Source of the DNA: Octopus sinensis
Taxonomy: Eukaryota
Assembly: GCF_006345805.1 (NCBI RefSeq)
Contig: NC_043022.1
Coordinates: forward strand, 682,001 to 746,000
Reading direction: 5' to 3'
Length of the DNA stretch: 64,000 nucleotides
Shown here: in pieces, positions 25,201-39,566 of the stretch
Position numbering within the stretch: position 1 is the stretch's first letter
Layout of the letters: each line of letters begins with the position of its first letter
Notes under the pieces: model-generated
Database searches by the model: none
Seen by the model: only the letters and a program-made list of their open reading frames with translations
Told to the model about the DNA's origin: nothing
Made by a program: the position numbers and the translations under genes

Positions 25201-28200
25201 GTTTTTCAAACCAGATTAATTCTCCCCACATGTATAAGTAATTACATAAATACTCGGTCATTAGATATCCTTGAATCAGGTTTCCAATGGATTATCTCTC
25301 ATTAGTGTTTGTTTGTTCTTGCTGTTGTTTGTTGTTGTTGTTGTTAAATTGTAGACTAAGTCAGGCTTAACAACATATCTTCCCCCAAATACCTGTCATG
25401 TTTAAGCTTTTTTAAAACTCCTAATTGAAAAACAAAAAAATACGGAGGGGGGGCACTCGCAATAATGATAATAATGATAATGGTGATGATGATGATGGAG
25501 GTGGTAATGCTGATAATGGTGATGGTGGTGATGGTGATGATGATCTTTTTGTTTTTTTTCCATATTTTGTTTTAATTATTCATTTATTTATTAATTCTCT
25601 CGTAGATCTGATTATAAATCCATCTTCTCTTTCGTACTCCCAGTTTTATCCAAAAATGTTTAAATAAATAAAAAATAAGGACAAATAAGTTTGCGGATCA
25701 TATTAAAATATTATAATCCAGTCGACCAGATTTTACTTCGGTTCTTGCAGTTCTTCACTGTTCTTCTTATTTTAGCTGCTGCAGTGGCTTCCTTTCGATA
25801 TTCACCAAATCAAAGTTCTTTACTTGTTCACAGTAAAATCAACTTCATTTTGTAGCTCTACAAAAATCGGTGATCAGTTCCCTTGACCACTGGTGGTAGA
25901 GAAGTGGGATGGGGTGGGGTTTCATGCCCTTCTCAATGGAAGTGAAGCAGCTTAACCTGAAAATGAAATCTATATCACAGACTTCGATGTATTGATCAGA
26001 CCATTGGATCTGGTCTTACACTCCTAGTCACAATCCACTTCCTCATTGTTGTGGCTTTTGAATGATTCCACCCCACTGGCTTGGCAGGTGAGCCAACCTC
26101 AGTCTTTTGCAGAGTTACCCACCTATTTGCTGGGTGAACCAGATCAGCATGAGATGGAGTGAAGTGTTTTGCTCAAGCATATGATGCACCACTGGTCTGG
26201 GAAGTGAAACCACAATATTGCTATTGTGAGAGCAGCACCCTAACCACTGTGCCACACACTTTCACAAATCATGGACTTGGTTCAGTTAAAAGCTTACTCC
26301 TAAAGTCATAGCAATCACCTATCACAATTATGATTGTAACTTGGCTGAGATCATTAACAGTCTGGAGCAATGTGAAATGAAGTGCCTTGCTCAAGCCCAT
26401 AATGCACTGTTGGTCTGGGAATCAAAACTGCAATCTTGTAATCATAACTGCAATGCCCTAACCAGTAGGCCACTCCACACTCCTTCACAGGTCACAGACT
26501 TGGTTCAATTAAACGCTTACCTCTGAAGTTACGACGATCACCTGTCACAATTGTTATGTTGGTGTGGTTGTAACTTCCTTGAGTTTATTAACCTCTCCTA
26601 TAGAGATAACATCTGTCTTGGTACTATTTACATCTACACATCTGCGTGTAGGTGTGAATAGGACAGCACTTTTATTGCCTCAGATGAGGTGAACAATCTA
26701 AGAAAATCTAAAGACAATTTAATTGTATTAACTATATAACTCTCTCTCTCTTCTCTTGGACATTTTCAAATGTTATTATTAAGCATCTTGTTGAAGGCGT
26801 TTGATTAGCGGATTGAATGTAGCTTTCCGACATCCAAGATTATATAAAGAGACTTGCATGTTTGGATATTTAGAGCGGAATAGGTAACCGAGTCGAGAGA
26901 GTAACAAACGACTAAATGAAACTTGAAAGGTTAGAAGTTCACATCCTCCTGTTGGCATTTCATTGTCTGAATGAAGGCCTTAAACTCATAAGTGACCCAA
27001 CCCACCTAGCTTTGAACAGGTGATAGGCACCATAGGGTGGTGCAATTCACTGCTGAGAGTAGTAAGACCAGCTCCTCCTCAGAGTATATATATATATATA
27101 TATAATATAATAAACATGTTCTCTACTAAAACGTGTTGAGTAATGGTTCAGTTTCATGTTAAATTGTCTTTAATTATAACTCTACATTAAAATGTATATA
27201 TATATATATATATATATATATGCATACACATACACACACATAAAGACATACATACATGATGGGCTTCCATGCAGTTACTGACTACTCACAAAGCAGTGGT
27301 TGATTCAGGCCTATTGTAGAAGACACTTGCCCAAGGTGGCCGTACAGTGGGACTGATCCCAAAGCCGTGTGGCTGCAAAGTGAATTTATCAACCACACAG
27401 CCATACCTGCACCCGTGTTTAGTAATATAATTTTAGATACCCTGTAAAAGACGGTAAGGTCTCGGCTACAACACCTTTTGATAATCGATCAGATCTTCTA
27501 TCTATTTCTCTCTCTCTCTCTCTCAGGGATGACTCGGGGCTAAATAACACCAACAAGGTTTTGTGCCAAGTAACAATACAGCTGGTTCCTTTGTATGTTT
27601 TTTACCACTTTTTGCTTCTCTGTTTTTCTACTGATCGTATCAAGACGTGCATGGGCGAGCTATATCTACACTACAATCTTTATGTGTACAGGGGATACGC
27701 ATACATACATATATATATGTGTGTGTGTATATATATACACACACACACACACAACGTATATGAATATATTTTTTTTGTTTGTTCTTCTTTGTTTGGATTC
27801 ACTATATACACATATATATGTAATTGTATATATATATATATATATATGCACACACATATACACTCGTCCGTACAGATTTATCTATGAAGATATATTTATA
27901 CAAGTGTGTGTGTGCGTGTTGGGGTCGGGGTAGTGTTAGTGTGCACGTGCCATAGGAACAGATGTGTTTGTATCTATATCTCTCTCTATGTGTTTGGTAA
28001 ATCAGCATATTCATATGTGTGTGCGTGTGTGTCTATACGTGTTTGTCTCCGTGCGTGTCTACATGTGTTTGTCTCCGCGTGTATGTGTGTGTGCGTCTGT
28101 GTCTGTGTCTGTCTGCATGTGTGCACGTGCCTGTTTGTATGTATATCAGTGTGTCAACTATTTGGACATAAGCCTCTTTCTAAGCAAGTAATTGATTTCT

Positions 28201-29568
28201 TTCATTAAATGATAGAAGAAAACCTTGCTTCTTTCTCTCTCCTTTTCTCTCTCTCCTTCTCTCTCTCTCCTTCTCTCTCTCTCTCTCTCTCTCCTTCTCT
28301 CTCTCATTCCCTTCCTCTCAATCCAAAGAATCCATAATATAAAATTTATTCACTGAACTGTCATAGGCTGAATCAGATCATCTGCAAAAGAAAATAAGTA
28401 CATCTCACCCAGCAGCATTAGGCGGGGGTGGGCTGGGCAGGAGAGGAGTTTCAAGCTGGACTAGACTGGTTGATGGTTTGGGGCTAGAGAAAACCTGTCC
28501 TTTGTATATTTTCTATAGCTTGATTTGTGATTCATATTCAAGCTCCCCTCCCCCAGTGTCAAAGTCTAAGCCACTCCTTCACTCCTACCCCTCACCCTCA
28601 CATACATATCACCTCTGCTTCATTTTGTATGCACCACCTTCTCTCCCACCGCCATCTCAACATCAATCTTTTTTTAACCTTTCCTTCAAAATCAGAATGA
28701 GCATTCAATTGAAATGTGCTGAGTTTTTTAAAGTCATTGCCTCTGGTGTGGTTCGAACTTTTGACCTAAGAGTACATAACTAAATACTGTAGCTATACTT
28801 GTTTTAGTCCAGTGCTCTTTCGTCTTGACTATCTACACAAGTAAATAGTATTTACTGATCTCTTATAAAGATCCTATGACTTCCAGTCAGATCAGAGTTG
28901 CCCTACTTGGTATCTGGTACTGAAGAGGGTGAAAGAAGTTGAAATACTGATCCATATTTGAACTGTTTATTTCACATCACTGCTTTGTTTGTGCTTCACC
29001 TGTGCAATAATAATAATAATGATAATGATAATAATAATAATTAATAATGGTTTCTAATTTAGACGCATTCAGCAGTTTTGAGAGGAGGGGTGAGTCAACA
29101 CCATCAGCCCCAGTTTATGACTATAAGGGAAATGAACAGCAAAGTTGACTTTGGTGGGATTTGAACTCAGAACATAAAGGATTAAAGCAAACAGCACAAA
29201 GCATCTTGTGTGATGTTCTAATGACTCAGCCAGTCTGGTTCCTACTTTGTAATATTTTGACTTCAAGATTTAGTTGGGGCAGGGGAGGGGTTACTTGTAA
29301 ACTTTTAAATACCAAATCAGAATTGAATAAAAATAGTTGACTCCATATCTGAAACTAATTGAATAAGTCTGGGTTTATTAACATTAATTTGGAAGTTCCT
29401 TATCAGAAACTGCACCTGGAAACTAAAATGCAAAGGTCTCTTTCACAGGGTGTATGTGATGGCTGGGTGTTTGCGAGGTTTTATTAACCAAATCTTTGCA
29501 GTTACACCTTCACCTCAAAATTACTACCCTTTTGCCTAAGTCAGAAACCATCATCATCATCATCATCA

Positions 29569-29602
<34 letters not shown>

Positions 29603-30084
29603 GGTGAAGATATTGCAAAATATTGTGCAATCATTATTGTTCCAGACTCCAGTTCAGGTCAGCTCTAATCAAGCAGACGTGATCAAAGACATTCCAGCCA
29701 TAACCATTCCATAGTGTACCTAGGACTACATAGTCCAATGTGTCCTTCCTTTTCCATTAATATGGTAGAGTGTGACGGGAGGAAGATTAGATCCTGCTGA
29801 TGTTGTTTATGAAGCTTCCTCCTCGACTCAAAAGTCAGCAGCCATTGTTACCAAGGCTGTCTGTATTATTTATCATAATATATTCACGAATCTATTTCTG
29901 TGCGAGTTGTCTCACCCAGCTGTAGCACCCTGAGCCAGTTTACCGGTGACTGCCCCCCACCCCACCTTACTCCCACCCCTTTCACTAAATATTTCAGACA
30001 ACAACAGCTCTTATCTCACCTCGACAATCTGCTTGTACAGACACGCACTGCTTGTTCACTCTGCATAGGCGGCATCATCATTGA

Positions 30085-30292
30085 CATCATCATCATCATC
30101 ATACTTCTATCTTTTTCATGGGTGACACAGGTTTTCTTTTGTACCATGTCTGGCCTATGCCGTGACCCTTTGTCATCAGGCTCTTGAGATCAGCTGTCAT
30201 TTCTCCTCCCTATGTTTACCTTGGACTTCCTCTTCCAGCTGATCTCGAGAGCCTCCACAGCATAGGCCAGACATGGTACAAAAGAAAACCTG
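30085..30292 (-). mobile_element. RTE-like LINE 3' fragment with an inverted duplication at its 5' end
   Basis: Minus strand reads GRGSPR..EMTADLKSL (like the RTE C-terminal GRGRPRKTW..DLK) then cccatg...(GAT)n tail. 30236-30292 is an inverted copy of 30128-30196. Confidence 0.6.
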
Positions 30293-30679
30293 GTAGCAGA
30301 GTATGGTTACAGCATGCCTCCTCGCCCAGCTCCATGGAATGGTAAGCTTCACCTCAATTGCTACATGTGTGGGCTTCTAGTCACCACCAGCATGTTACAA
30401 CCTTTCCTTACTCCCCCGCCCTTCCCATTCCATTCCAACATGGTCTTTCTTCTACAACTGAGAGCCAAGTTGTGCTAACCTCAAACATTAACAGTTCCAC
30501 TCCAGTGGTTGCATGAGTGGATGGTTGGTTGGTCAGCTGGTTGGCTTTCCCACCCTCCTCTCAGACCTTAACAGTTTCTTCTTGTTTTACAGGTGAAAAA
30601 ATAATGCAAAAATCATAAATCAGAGAATTTTTCTTTTGAAAAAAAGAAAACATTTAATTTTCTTTTCTTGAAATAACCA

Positions 30680-30688
30680 ACTAATTCA

Positions 30689-30766
<78 letters not shown>

Positions 30767-31050
30767 ATACTGTTTTCTTTGTCTCTCTGTCACCTCTTTC
30801 TATCTTTCTTTCTCTGATCCCCCTCTCATGTTTCCTTTGGCCTCTCTCTCTTTCTCTCCTTCCCCCCTCTCTGCTCAGCTTCTCTGACTCTCCCTTTCTC
30901 TTGATACCACCAGGTTCCTTTGTGTCTTTCTCTGCACCCCCCTTACATTTCCTTCTCTGACCTCCTCTCTCTCTCTCCCCACCTCTCCCTCTCTTTCACC
31001 CCCCTCTTTCTTCTCTTTATCTCTATCTTTCACCCCCCCCCACTTCACAT
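30680..31050. repeat. (CT)n polypyrimidine tract (similar at 63120-63410 and 28230-28320)
   Basis: Visible directly in the sequence. Confidence 0.95.
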
Positions 31051-31740
31051 CTCATTTCCATCTCTTTGTTTTCTGAACTTACAACATATTTGATGCTGTG
31101 TGTGTGTGTGTTTGTGTGCATGTATGTGTGTATGCAGTTGTGTGCACATGCATATATGTATATGTATGTGCAGGCATGTGGAAATATGTGTATAGCAAGA
31201 AGAGGTGAGGGTGTTTATATTAGCTTCTCCTTCTTTTCCACCAACACCACCGCCACCACCACACTCCTCTCTAACTAATATGATACCCTAACCTCACCCC
31301 GCTCCCACTTCTTTCCACCCCACCCCCACCCCCCAGCCCCAATTTCCTTTTCATGGTAAATGGACTTTCTAGTGAAAACTGTCAGAAGCTTTATCAAGAT
31401 TTCACTATCACAGAATATTATTTAACATCAATGTTTAAATAGCTTTAGGTTTGGAGATAGAGCGGTGATGGTGGCAATGGCAATGGTGATAGTGGTGGTG
31501 GTGATGGTGATGATGGTGGTGGTGGTAGCAGTGGTAGTGGCAACAGCAGTAATGACAATGGTGGTGGAGCTGTCAGCAATGGTAATAGTAGCGGTGGTGG
31601 TGGTACCGGCAGCAATGGTGATAGTGGTGGGGGTGGCAGTTTGTTTTAGTATTTGTTGGATTTTTTGTTGTGGTTGTTTTAGTAGATGCTATCGTTTCTT
31701 TCAGTTGCATTTATTTTGTTTATATATATATATTTATGTG

Positions 31741-32040
31741 TGGAGGCGCAATGGTCCAGTGGTTAGGGCAGCGGACTTGCAGTCGTAGGATTGCGGTTTC
31801 GATTCCCAGACCGGGCGTTGTGAGTGTTTATTGAGCGAAAACACCTAAAGCTCCACGAGGCTCCAGCCAGGGGTGTTGGCGATCCCTGCTGTACTCTTTT
31901 GCCACAACTTTCTCTCATTCTTTCTTCTGTTGGTCGACTCGCTTAGTCAGCGGGGTGGCGTCATTTGAAGGCTAAAATAATGCGAAGCGCATTGTGACCA
32001 GTGATGTGCAGCAACATCTGATAGCCTGGTCGATCACAGT
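31741..32040 (+). mobile_element. SINE family D (tRNA-like head), young copy
   Basis: A-box tggtccagtggttagg and B-box ggtttcgattccc. Closely matches the reverse complement of 40221-40521. The acceptor stem does not pair, so it is not a tRNA. Confidence 0.85.
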
Positions 32041-32544
32041 GGTATATTTATTTGTATGTGTGTGTTTTGTGGTGCATTATTGCAGGTTTTTACATTAGAA
32101 AAGGGGTGTCAGTTAAATCTTGAAAAATTGGCGCTATTCGTTGCTTAACTCTTGATCAACCTTGCTCCAGATGGCCAACAATAAAAGGTGTTCCAATCAT
32201 GACCATCCTGTCATTTTCTTATTATTATTATTATTTATTCTTTTTATCTGGTCTCCGTACCGGTGGCACGTAAAAGACACCATTCAAACGTGATCGTTAC
32301 CAGCATCGCCTTACTGGCACCCGTGCTGGTGGCATGTGTAAAGGATTCGAGCGAGGTCGTTGTCAGTACCACCAGACTGGCACGTAAAAGCACCCACTAC
32401 ACTCTCGGAGTGGTTGGCATTAGGAACGGCATCCAGCTGCAGAAACACTGCCAGATCAAGATTGGAGCCTGGTGCAGCCATCTGGTTCGCCAGACCTCAG
32501 TCAATCGTCCAACCCATGCTAGCATGGAAAACGGACGTTAAACA

Positions 32545-32576
<32 letters not shown>

Positions 32577-32599
32577 CTCCAGTTTTGTTGTAACTCTTG

Positions 32600-32780
32600 G
32601 AGTCTTGCTGCTTGCAGCCTTCAGTACCATGCTATCCGTTCTGTTCAACTATCTGATACTTTCCTGATTATTCTGGCCCTGCCAAGGAGGCAAACCTTAT
32701 GTGACAGTTCTCCTGGGCACTCTATCCTGATTTCCCCATCCCCTGGTTCACCACCGCTTCTCCACCTCCTCTCCTTTCCT
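32600..32780 (-). pseudogene. Possible 3' end of an R4/Dong-type non-LTR element
   Basis: The minus-strand ORF ends KVCLLGRARIIRKVSDS*, resembling the QK..LLGTA.I.RKVL C-terminus of RLE-bearing LINEs. Single short motif only. Confidence 0.3.
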
Positions 32781-34933
32781 ACACACAAGGAATTGAAAGC
32801 TTCTTCATGATGCTGCACAGTTTTGGCGCAAAAGTTCTTGCTGCTGCTCGTATCATATTGCAACACTGACATGTGCATACAATTTTGCATCTTGTGCACA
32901 TTAATTAACATTGCTCCTCGCACCAAAATTTTTTTTTATCTCATTTTTTTAACAGCTGCAATACCTTCCCCAGGGAAGCCAAACTGCACCCACCACCATT
33001 ATTTCCTCACCTTGGCCACCAGTTTATCTCAATGGTTGTTACCTGTGTGTGTGTGTGCGTGCGTGCATGAGTATGTATGTACGTTTCTGTGTTATATCTG
33101 TATATTATCTATATATATATGTGTGTGTGTATGTTTATATGTATGTTTTTTATCTGTGTATGTGTATTTATAAATATATATATATGCATATGTGTGTGTG
33201 TGTGTATATGTGTGTATGTATGTATACATGTGTGTGTATGTATATATATATGTGTATATACGTGTGTGTGTGTGTGTGTATGTATGTGTATGCACGTGTG
33301 TGTGTGTTAATTAGTGTTATTACCTGAGACACTTTCAGGATCTCCTCTTAATCTCGTCTCAGGTCAATCCCCACCTTCATACACACCCCAGATGTGTGCT
33401 CACTAATCTTCAATTTTGTCTTGTTTTTATCGCATTTATAAGTTGTTTTTTTTATTATTGTATTGTTTCTTCATTTTTTTTATAGGTGGTCAGGTGATGG
33501 GGGTGGTAGGGTGTTATTTAATGCCAGCTAATTAACATAATGAATACCTGGGTACTCAGAAGCATCGTTTTTTGATTGCATCCTGAGCAGGTTTCCCCAG
33601 GAAGCTGAATACCGTGTAATTGTGCATGTGTGTGTCTCTCTGCATCTGGTTGTATATTTATGTCTGTATGTGTGTGTAGAACTCTGTCTCTGTGTGTGGT
33701 TGCATGTGTGTGGGTGGGTGCACACGTGTGGTTGTACATGTGTCTGGTTGTCTCTGTGTGTCTTGTCTGTGTGATTGTATGTGTGGGTGTGTGTGTGAGT
33801 GTTTAATTTCACTTCTCAATATCTTTAAAACCCTTGAGGTTAATTCTCTTCTCATTCATCTTCTTCTTCTTTCATATATTACATCCTTTCCTTCTTTCTT
33901 TTCTTTCTTTTATTACAGTTTCATCTCTGTTTTCTGGTTTACTTTATTTTAAAATTTATCTTTGCAACATAAGTTTGCATAAAATGACAAAGCTACTTTA
34001 CTAAATTCTTTATTATTTTCAAAAGTATTTGAAACAAAGTCAATGTATTTTGTCACAATTATGGTAACAAGGGGGTTAAAGTGATCTAAATGAAAACCTA
34101 TCCTAATTTCATGTTAATTTATGCTCCAAATACTAACTTAATATTTTACTAAATTCGTCATTAGAAATATGATAATAAATGGTTTAAGCTGTTCGTTAAC
34201 ATTTTTCCTTACTTATTCAAATTGGTAATAGCAGTAGAAATATTTTTAAAATAGGGAAACTGGAGCATTTATCTACCAGCTGTTATTGTAATAGGACTTA
34301 TACAGGTGATAGTCATTGCCGTGACAGCTGTTGTGGAAATTTGTTAGTCAGGTAATCTGCTTTTCTTAGTTGGATCTAAAGGCATTGACTTCCATCTTGA
34401 AAATTACCTGACTATTTACGTTTGGAATAATATAAAGAAGAAAAAAAATAATAATTTTAAAAAAAAGTAAATAAAAGAAACTTTATTTAATTATTCCTTC
34501 CTTCCTTCTGTCTTTCCTCCTTTAGTATTATTTCCCATCTCCCATCCATTTGGTGTTATTGTCACCACCACAGTTACCATTAAGGAAACCATCTTCACTG
34601 CTGCCACCACCACCATCGCTATATCACCCGTCCCCACCACCATCAACACTTACCACCTTCTCCACCACCACCACCTTCTCCGCCACCATCATCTTGTTTA
34701 TTGATCCTGATTTGCAAGGCTGTTTTGTGTCGCCATTGTTTGAGAATTCTCTTGTTTCCAAATACTTGTTAGTCTTTCTTCCTCTCTCCTTGTCTTTCTT
34801 TGTCTCTCCATACTTCCTCTTTCATTCTCCTTTTCTCTCTCTTCTCAGCATGTATATATATATATATATATATATATGCATGTGTATATATATATATGTG
34901 TGTGTGTATGTATATATATATGCATGTGTATGA

Positions 34934-34996
<63 letters not shown>

Positions 34997-35009
34997 CATA
35001 CATATATTC

Positions 35010-35057
<48 letters not shown>

Positions 35058-35658
35058 ATTATATATATACACATACATATACACATAATATATATATATA
35101 TATATATATGCACATGCACATACATGCATGTATATAATATACTTCCGCCTTCATTTTCTCTGTCTCTCTCTCTCTTTCTCCTTCTCTCCCTCTCCCTTCA
35201 CCTAAGACTCTTCGTAATTTCCTCCCACTTTCCCCTGACCTACATCTCTACCTCCATTTACTTCCATCACATTACATCCATAATTATTCTCATTCTTGAG
35301 AAAAGAATTACAAGATGGGGTGGTGGGGGTGGGGATGAAGTAACAGTTGTAACATGGCTGTATGTCATGAAAAATAATTGCAGTATGGCTGCATGGCTGA
35401 GAAGTTAACTTTGCAACTACCACATCCCAAGTTCAATAGCTTGCACATGAAATTGAAAAGGCGGAGACTGTGCTGAAGCCTTTCACATGAACTACACCTG
35501 TTATTCAGACCATCAGCTTTGTTACTCACTGTGTCATGCTAATTGCTGCTTAACCCCTTTGTCATCAGATATCTGATGAAATACACTGACTTTGTCCCAT
35601 TTAATTATGGAAATTGTGAAGAATTTAGTGAAATAATGTTATAATTAAGTTGGTGTTT

Positions 35659-35760
35659 GGAACATAAATTAACATAAATTAAGCTGGGGTTTGGAACATA
35701 AATTAACATAAATTAAGCTGGGGTTTGGAACATAAATTAACATAAATTAAGCTGGGGTTT
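35659..35760 (+). repeat. Minisatellite: three identical 34-bp units
   Basis: ggaacataaattaacataaattaagctggggttt x3, inside a ttaaccc-type MITE array (35550-35990). Confidence 0.9.
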
Positions 35761-36332
35761 GGAGAATAAATGAAATTTTGATGGAAGGTTTTAATTTAGA
35801 TCACTTTAACCCTTTTGTTACCATATACCTGTTGAAATATTTTGTCTTTGTTTCAGTTAATTTTGAAAATAACAAAGAATTTGGTAAATTAAATCATTAT
35901 TATGCTGGTGTTTGAACCATGAATTAATATGAAATTTTAGTGGAAGATTTTAATTAAGGTCACTTTAACCCTTTTGTTATGTGTCTTTGAAATACATCAA
36001 CCAGATCTGGCCTCTCACACTTACCCTACAATGTCATTCTAAAAGTAAACAATCACTTTATTGAAACTACAAGATAACACCTATGATCTAAAACATTGCA
36101 GACTACACTGTCATGACTTATTTCATGACTGTAGCATGAGCTCTGAGGAATATTTGATTGCTATTTCTAGCTGACTGCATGACCACATAGAGGCTGATGC
36201 ATTGTCTTAGATTATATATGATACTAGTTGTTTTCATTTCTGACACGTCTGAAATCTTCATTATATGCAATTTATACACACACACACACACACTCTCTCT
36301 CTCTCCCCTTCTCTCTCTCACACACACACACA

Positions 36333-36366
<34 letters not shown>

Positions 36367-36662
36367 GAGTATGCTGTATAATGTAAATTAAGGCTAAACA
36401 TCATCTGGCTGAACATCTGTTGCCAAACTAAACAAACAACAATACTAATAATTCTTTCTACTATAGGCACAAGGCCTGGAATTTTAAAGGAAGGGGTCTA
36501 GTTGATTATATTGATCCCTGTACTTCACCAGTGCTTGTTTTATTGACCCTGAGAGGATGAAAGGCAAAGGCAACCTCAGCAGAATTTGAACTCAGAACCT
36601 AAAGATGGACAAAATGTCCAGCATGCTAACAACTCTGCCAACTCATCACCTGAATAATAATG

Positions 36663-36695
<33 letters not shown>

Positions 36696-37136
36696 GTTTC
36701 AAATTTTGGTACATGGCTAGAAATTTTGGGGAAGGAGTTAGGTCAGTTAGATTGACCCCAGTGCCCAACTGGTACTTATTTTATCAACCCCGAAACGATG
36801 AAAGGCAAAGTCGACCTCAGCGGAATTTGAACTCAGAACATAAAGACTGATGAAATATCACTAAGCAGTTTGCCCAACAAGCTAACGATTCTGCCAGCTC
36901 ACCACCTTAATAATGATGATGATGGTGGTAGTGGTGGTGGTAATGATGATAATGATGGTTCCTTTAATACCCTCACAAAGAGTATTAAAGAAACCATCAT
37001 CATATGAATCTACCTTTGTATTTGTGTGTGTGTGTGTCCCTCCGCATGACAAGGGATCAGGAATGGGATGAGGTTCATTGGTCAACCTGATGTCACAGGA
37101 AGGAACAAGAGCTGTTGGACATGCAACCCCCACCCA

Positions 37137-37170
<34 letters not shown>

Positions 37171-39566
37171 TGGAATGAATCAGCAACTTGTTTGTGATTG
37201 ATGTGAATGTTACGAATGCCGAAATCTATTTCCTTCTTCCCTGAAATGAATAATAATTATTGGCTCCTTTGTGTTTGTTCAAGAGAACAAAACATTACCC
37301 GTGTGTGTGTGTGCATGCGCACGTGCACGTGTGCGTATATGTTAGTTGTTGTAGTACAAACCCCAGCCTGGACCTGATCAAACAGGTTTATGACAAAAGA
37401 TAATCCAGCTGTGATTATCCCATTTTTGGCCCCAGATTAACATATCCTGGATTATTTTATCCAATGTGTATTTCTAAAACAGGCACAGTGGGTTTTGTGA
37501 AAGTTTTAGCTATTTCTTGCAATTTAAGGGACCACATAGAGGGGCTCCTACTTTAATCTGCATATGTTGCATTTGTGAATGTTTGCATTCCCTAAAAATG
37601 TGTGGACAAATCCTGACTAATAAATACTTCAGTCGGTAACTTTTTTTTTGTTTACTCCCCTAAGGGCATTTTGCAACCGGATCAAATAAATCATTTCCTA
37701 GTTGAGCAATGAAACTTGTTAGCCGAGAGAATTCAGCAGAAAATTGTCCCTAATATAATTGCTATGGTGCTTTACAAAGACCCAACCATTTGTGTTAGAA
37801 CAGTGACTCTCCATCTTTTCCAATTTGTGGGACATTGGGGGTCAGTTTATTGGTGCACTTCTTGCAGAAACATTAACACTTTGGTATTTAAACTATTCCT
37901 GTCCAGCCCGAACATACTTAGCTCTGTTTTATGTCCAAACTTGCTAGAACTGGCCTTTCACTCCTGCCCTACAATGTTATCCCAAAAATGTATTTACATT
38001 CTTGAAATCTCTAAGTTACAAGATAATGCAGAATTAAATCTAAACGATGTGAATAAATAAACGTTGCCTTTGGCAAAGTAATCTTCAGGGTTGAAGAAAA
38101 AAAGCTGTTTTAAATATTTTGATATCAATTCACCTGAGACTGCCCCTGGATCTACAACACATTCTGCTAAGCATTTCACCCAGCATGCTAATGATTCTGT
38201 TAACATTCAGCTTTATTTTAACCAGTAATATTGGTTTTAAAATTTGACACAAGGCCAGTAAGTTCAGGGGAGGGTTAAAGTCGATTACACTGACCCCCAA
38301 CGATCAACTGGTATATTTATTTTATTGAGTCCATAAGGATGAACGGTAAAATCAATTCCTGCAGAATTTGAACTTGAGAACGTAAAGACAGGTGGAATGC
38401 TGCTAAACATTTTCCCCCAGTGTGTTAACGATTCTTTCAGCGTTCAGCTTTATTTTGACCAGAAATATTGGTTTAAAATTTTGGCATAAGGTCAGCACGT
38501 TCAAGGGAAGGCAAAAGTCAATTACATCGATCCCCCAACATTCAACTGGTACTTATTTTATCAAAGATGAAAGGCAAAGTCAACCTTGGTAGAGTTTGAA
38601 CTCGGAACATAAAGACGGACGAAATGCCACGAAGCATTTTGCCAGACATGCTTCACTCCACCCGAAAAAATGACGGACATTTTACTTCCTCCTGTTTTCA
38701 AAATTAACTGAACCAAAACTGCCAGAATCTCTGCAGAAAGATGGAATAAATCTGGATATTTTCAGGTTAATTATAACAACTGTTTGCTGCACATTGACTT
38801 CCTTTTCCTCTCCCCACCCCCACACCAGCCTCTACTTTGTTTTCTACTTCTTTCCTCTTCTTCCTCCTTTTCTTTCTCTCCTTTTCTATTTTCTCCTTCT
38901 TTCTTTTCTGTGCTCTCTTTTCTTTTGGTTGTTGTCACAAGAGAAAAGACTTTCATGCGACAGCGATTCTTCCTTTCTTTCCTCACATTAATATTTCATA
39001 AGAGACCATTGAAAGTGGTGGATAAAGTTCTTGCTTAAGGAGAGCACATATATATTATTTATATATATTTGTATATATCTGTGTGCACGTGTGTGTGTGT
39101 GGATATGTACACATGCTTGCATATGCGTATATCAGTGTTTTTGATTGTATTCATGCATGAATTTATATGAATATATGGCCATTATTATCAATACTTTTTG
39201 GTTCGTATACTGCTTGTTCTCTAAGAGGTGACAACACTCCTATTTAACCCCAGGAATAAGAAGACCATGTGGTTTTGCTCTGTATTGGACCCCCGTCACT
39301 GATGAGTGATATATGTATGTATGTATGTATGTATATATATATATAAATATATATCACTGAAAAAACTAGTAGTACGACCATGAATTTACAATATAGAATG
39401 GTGATGAAGTATAACCTCAGACCCTACCACAAGAATACATGCAGTTCCTTACTAATCTAAACTATATTGTTAACCTGCTGTACTGAGAGCTTACAAAGTA
39501 TTTTGCCTCGATTGATAATCCATCTCTAATAGCTATATATATATTTATATATATATATACACATAC

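Noticed and set aside
31741-31815. Possible tRNA gene
   Set aside because: A and B boxes are present but the acceptor stem is unpaired and the sequence continues into a body shared with 40221-40521; it is a SINE head.
34800-35408. 202-aa ORF and the many similar YI/HT/CV-rich ORFs
   Set aside because: Products of (TA)n, (CA)n and (CT)n repeats, which lack stops in some frames.
35562-35579. 18-bp perfect palindrome containing CTGATGA
   Set aside because: Within chance expectation, no hammerhead helix II/III follows, and it is part of a MITE end.
35659-35760. CRISPR-like 34-bp direct repeats
   Set aside because: No spacers, eukaryotic context, inside a MITE; it is a minisatellite.
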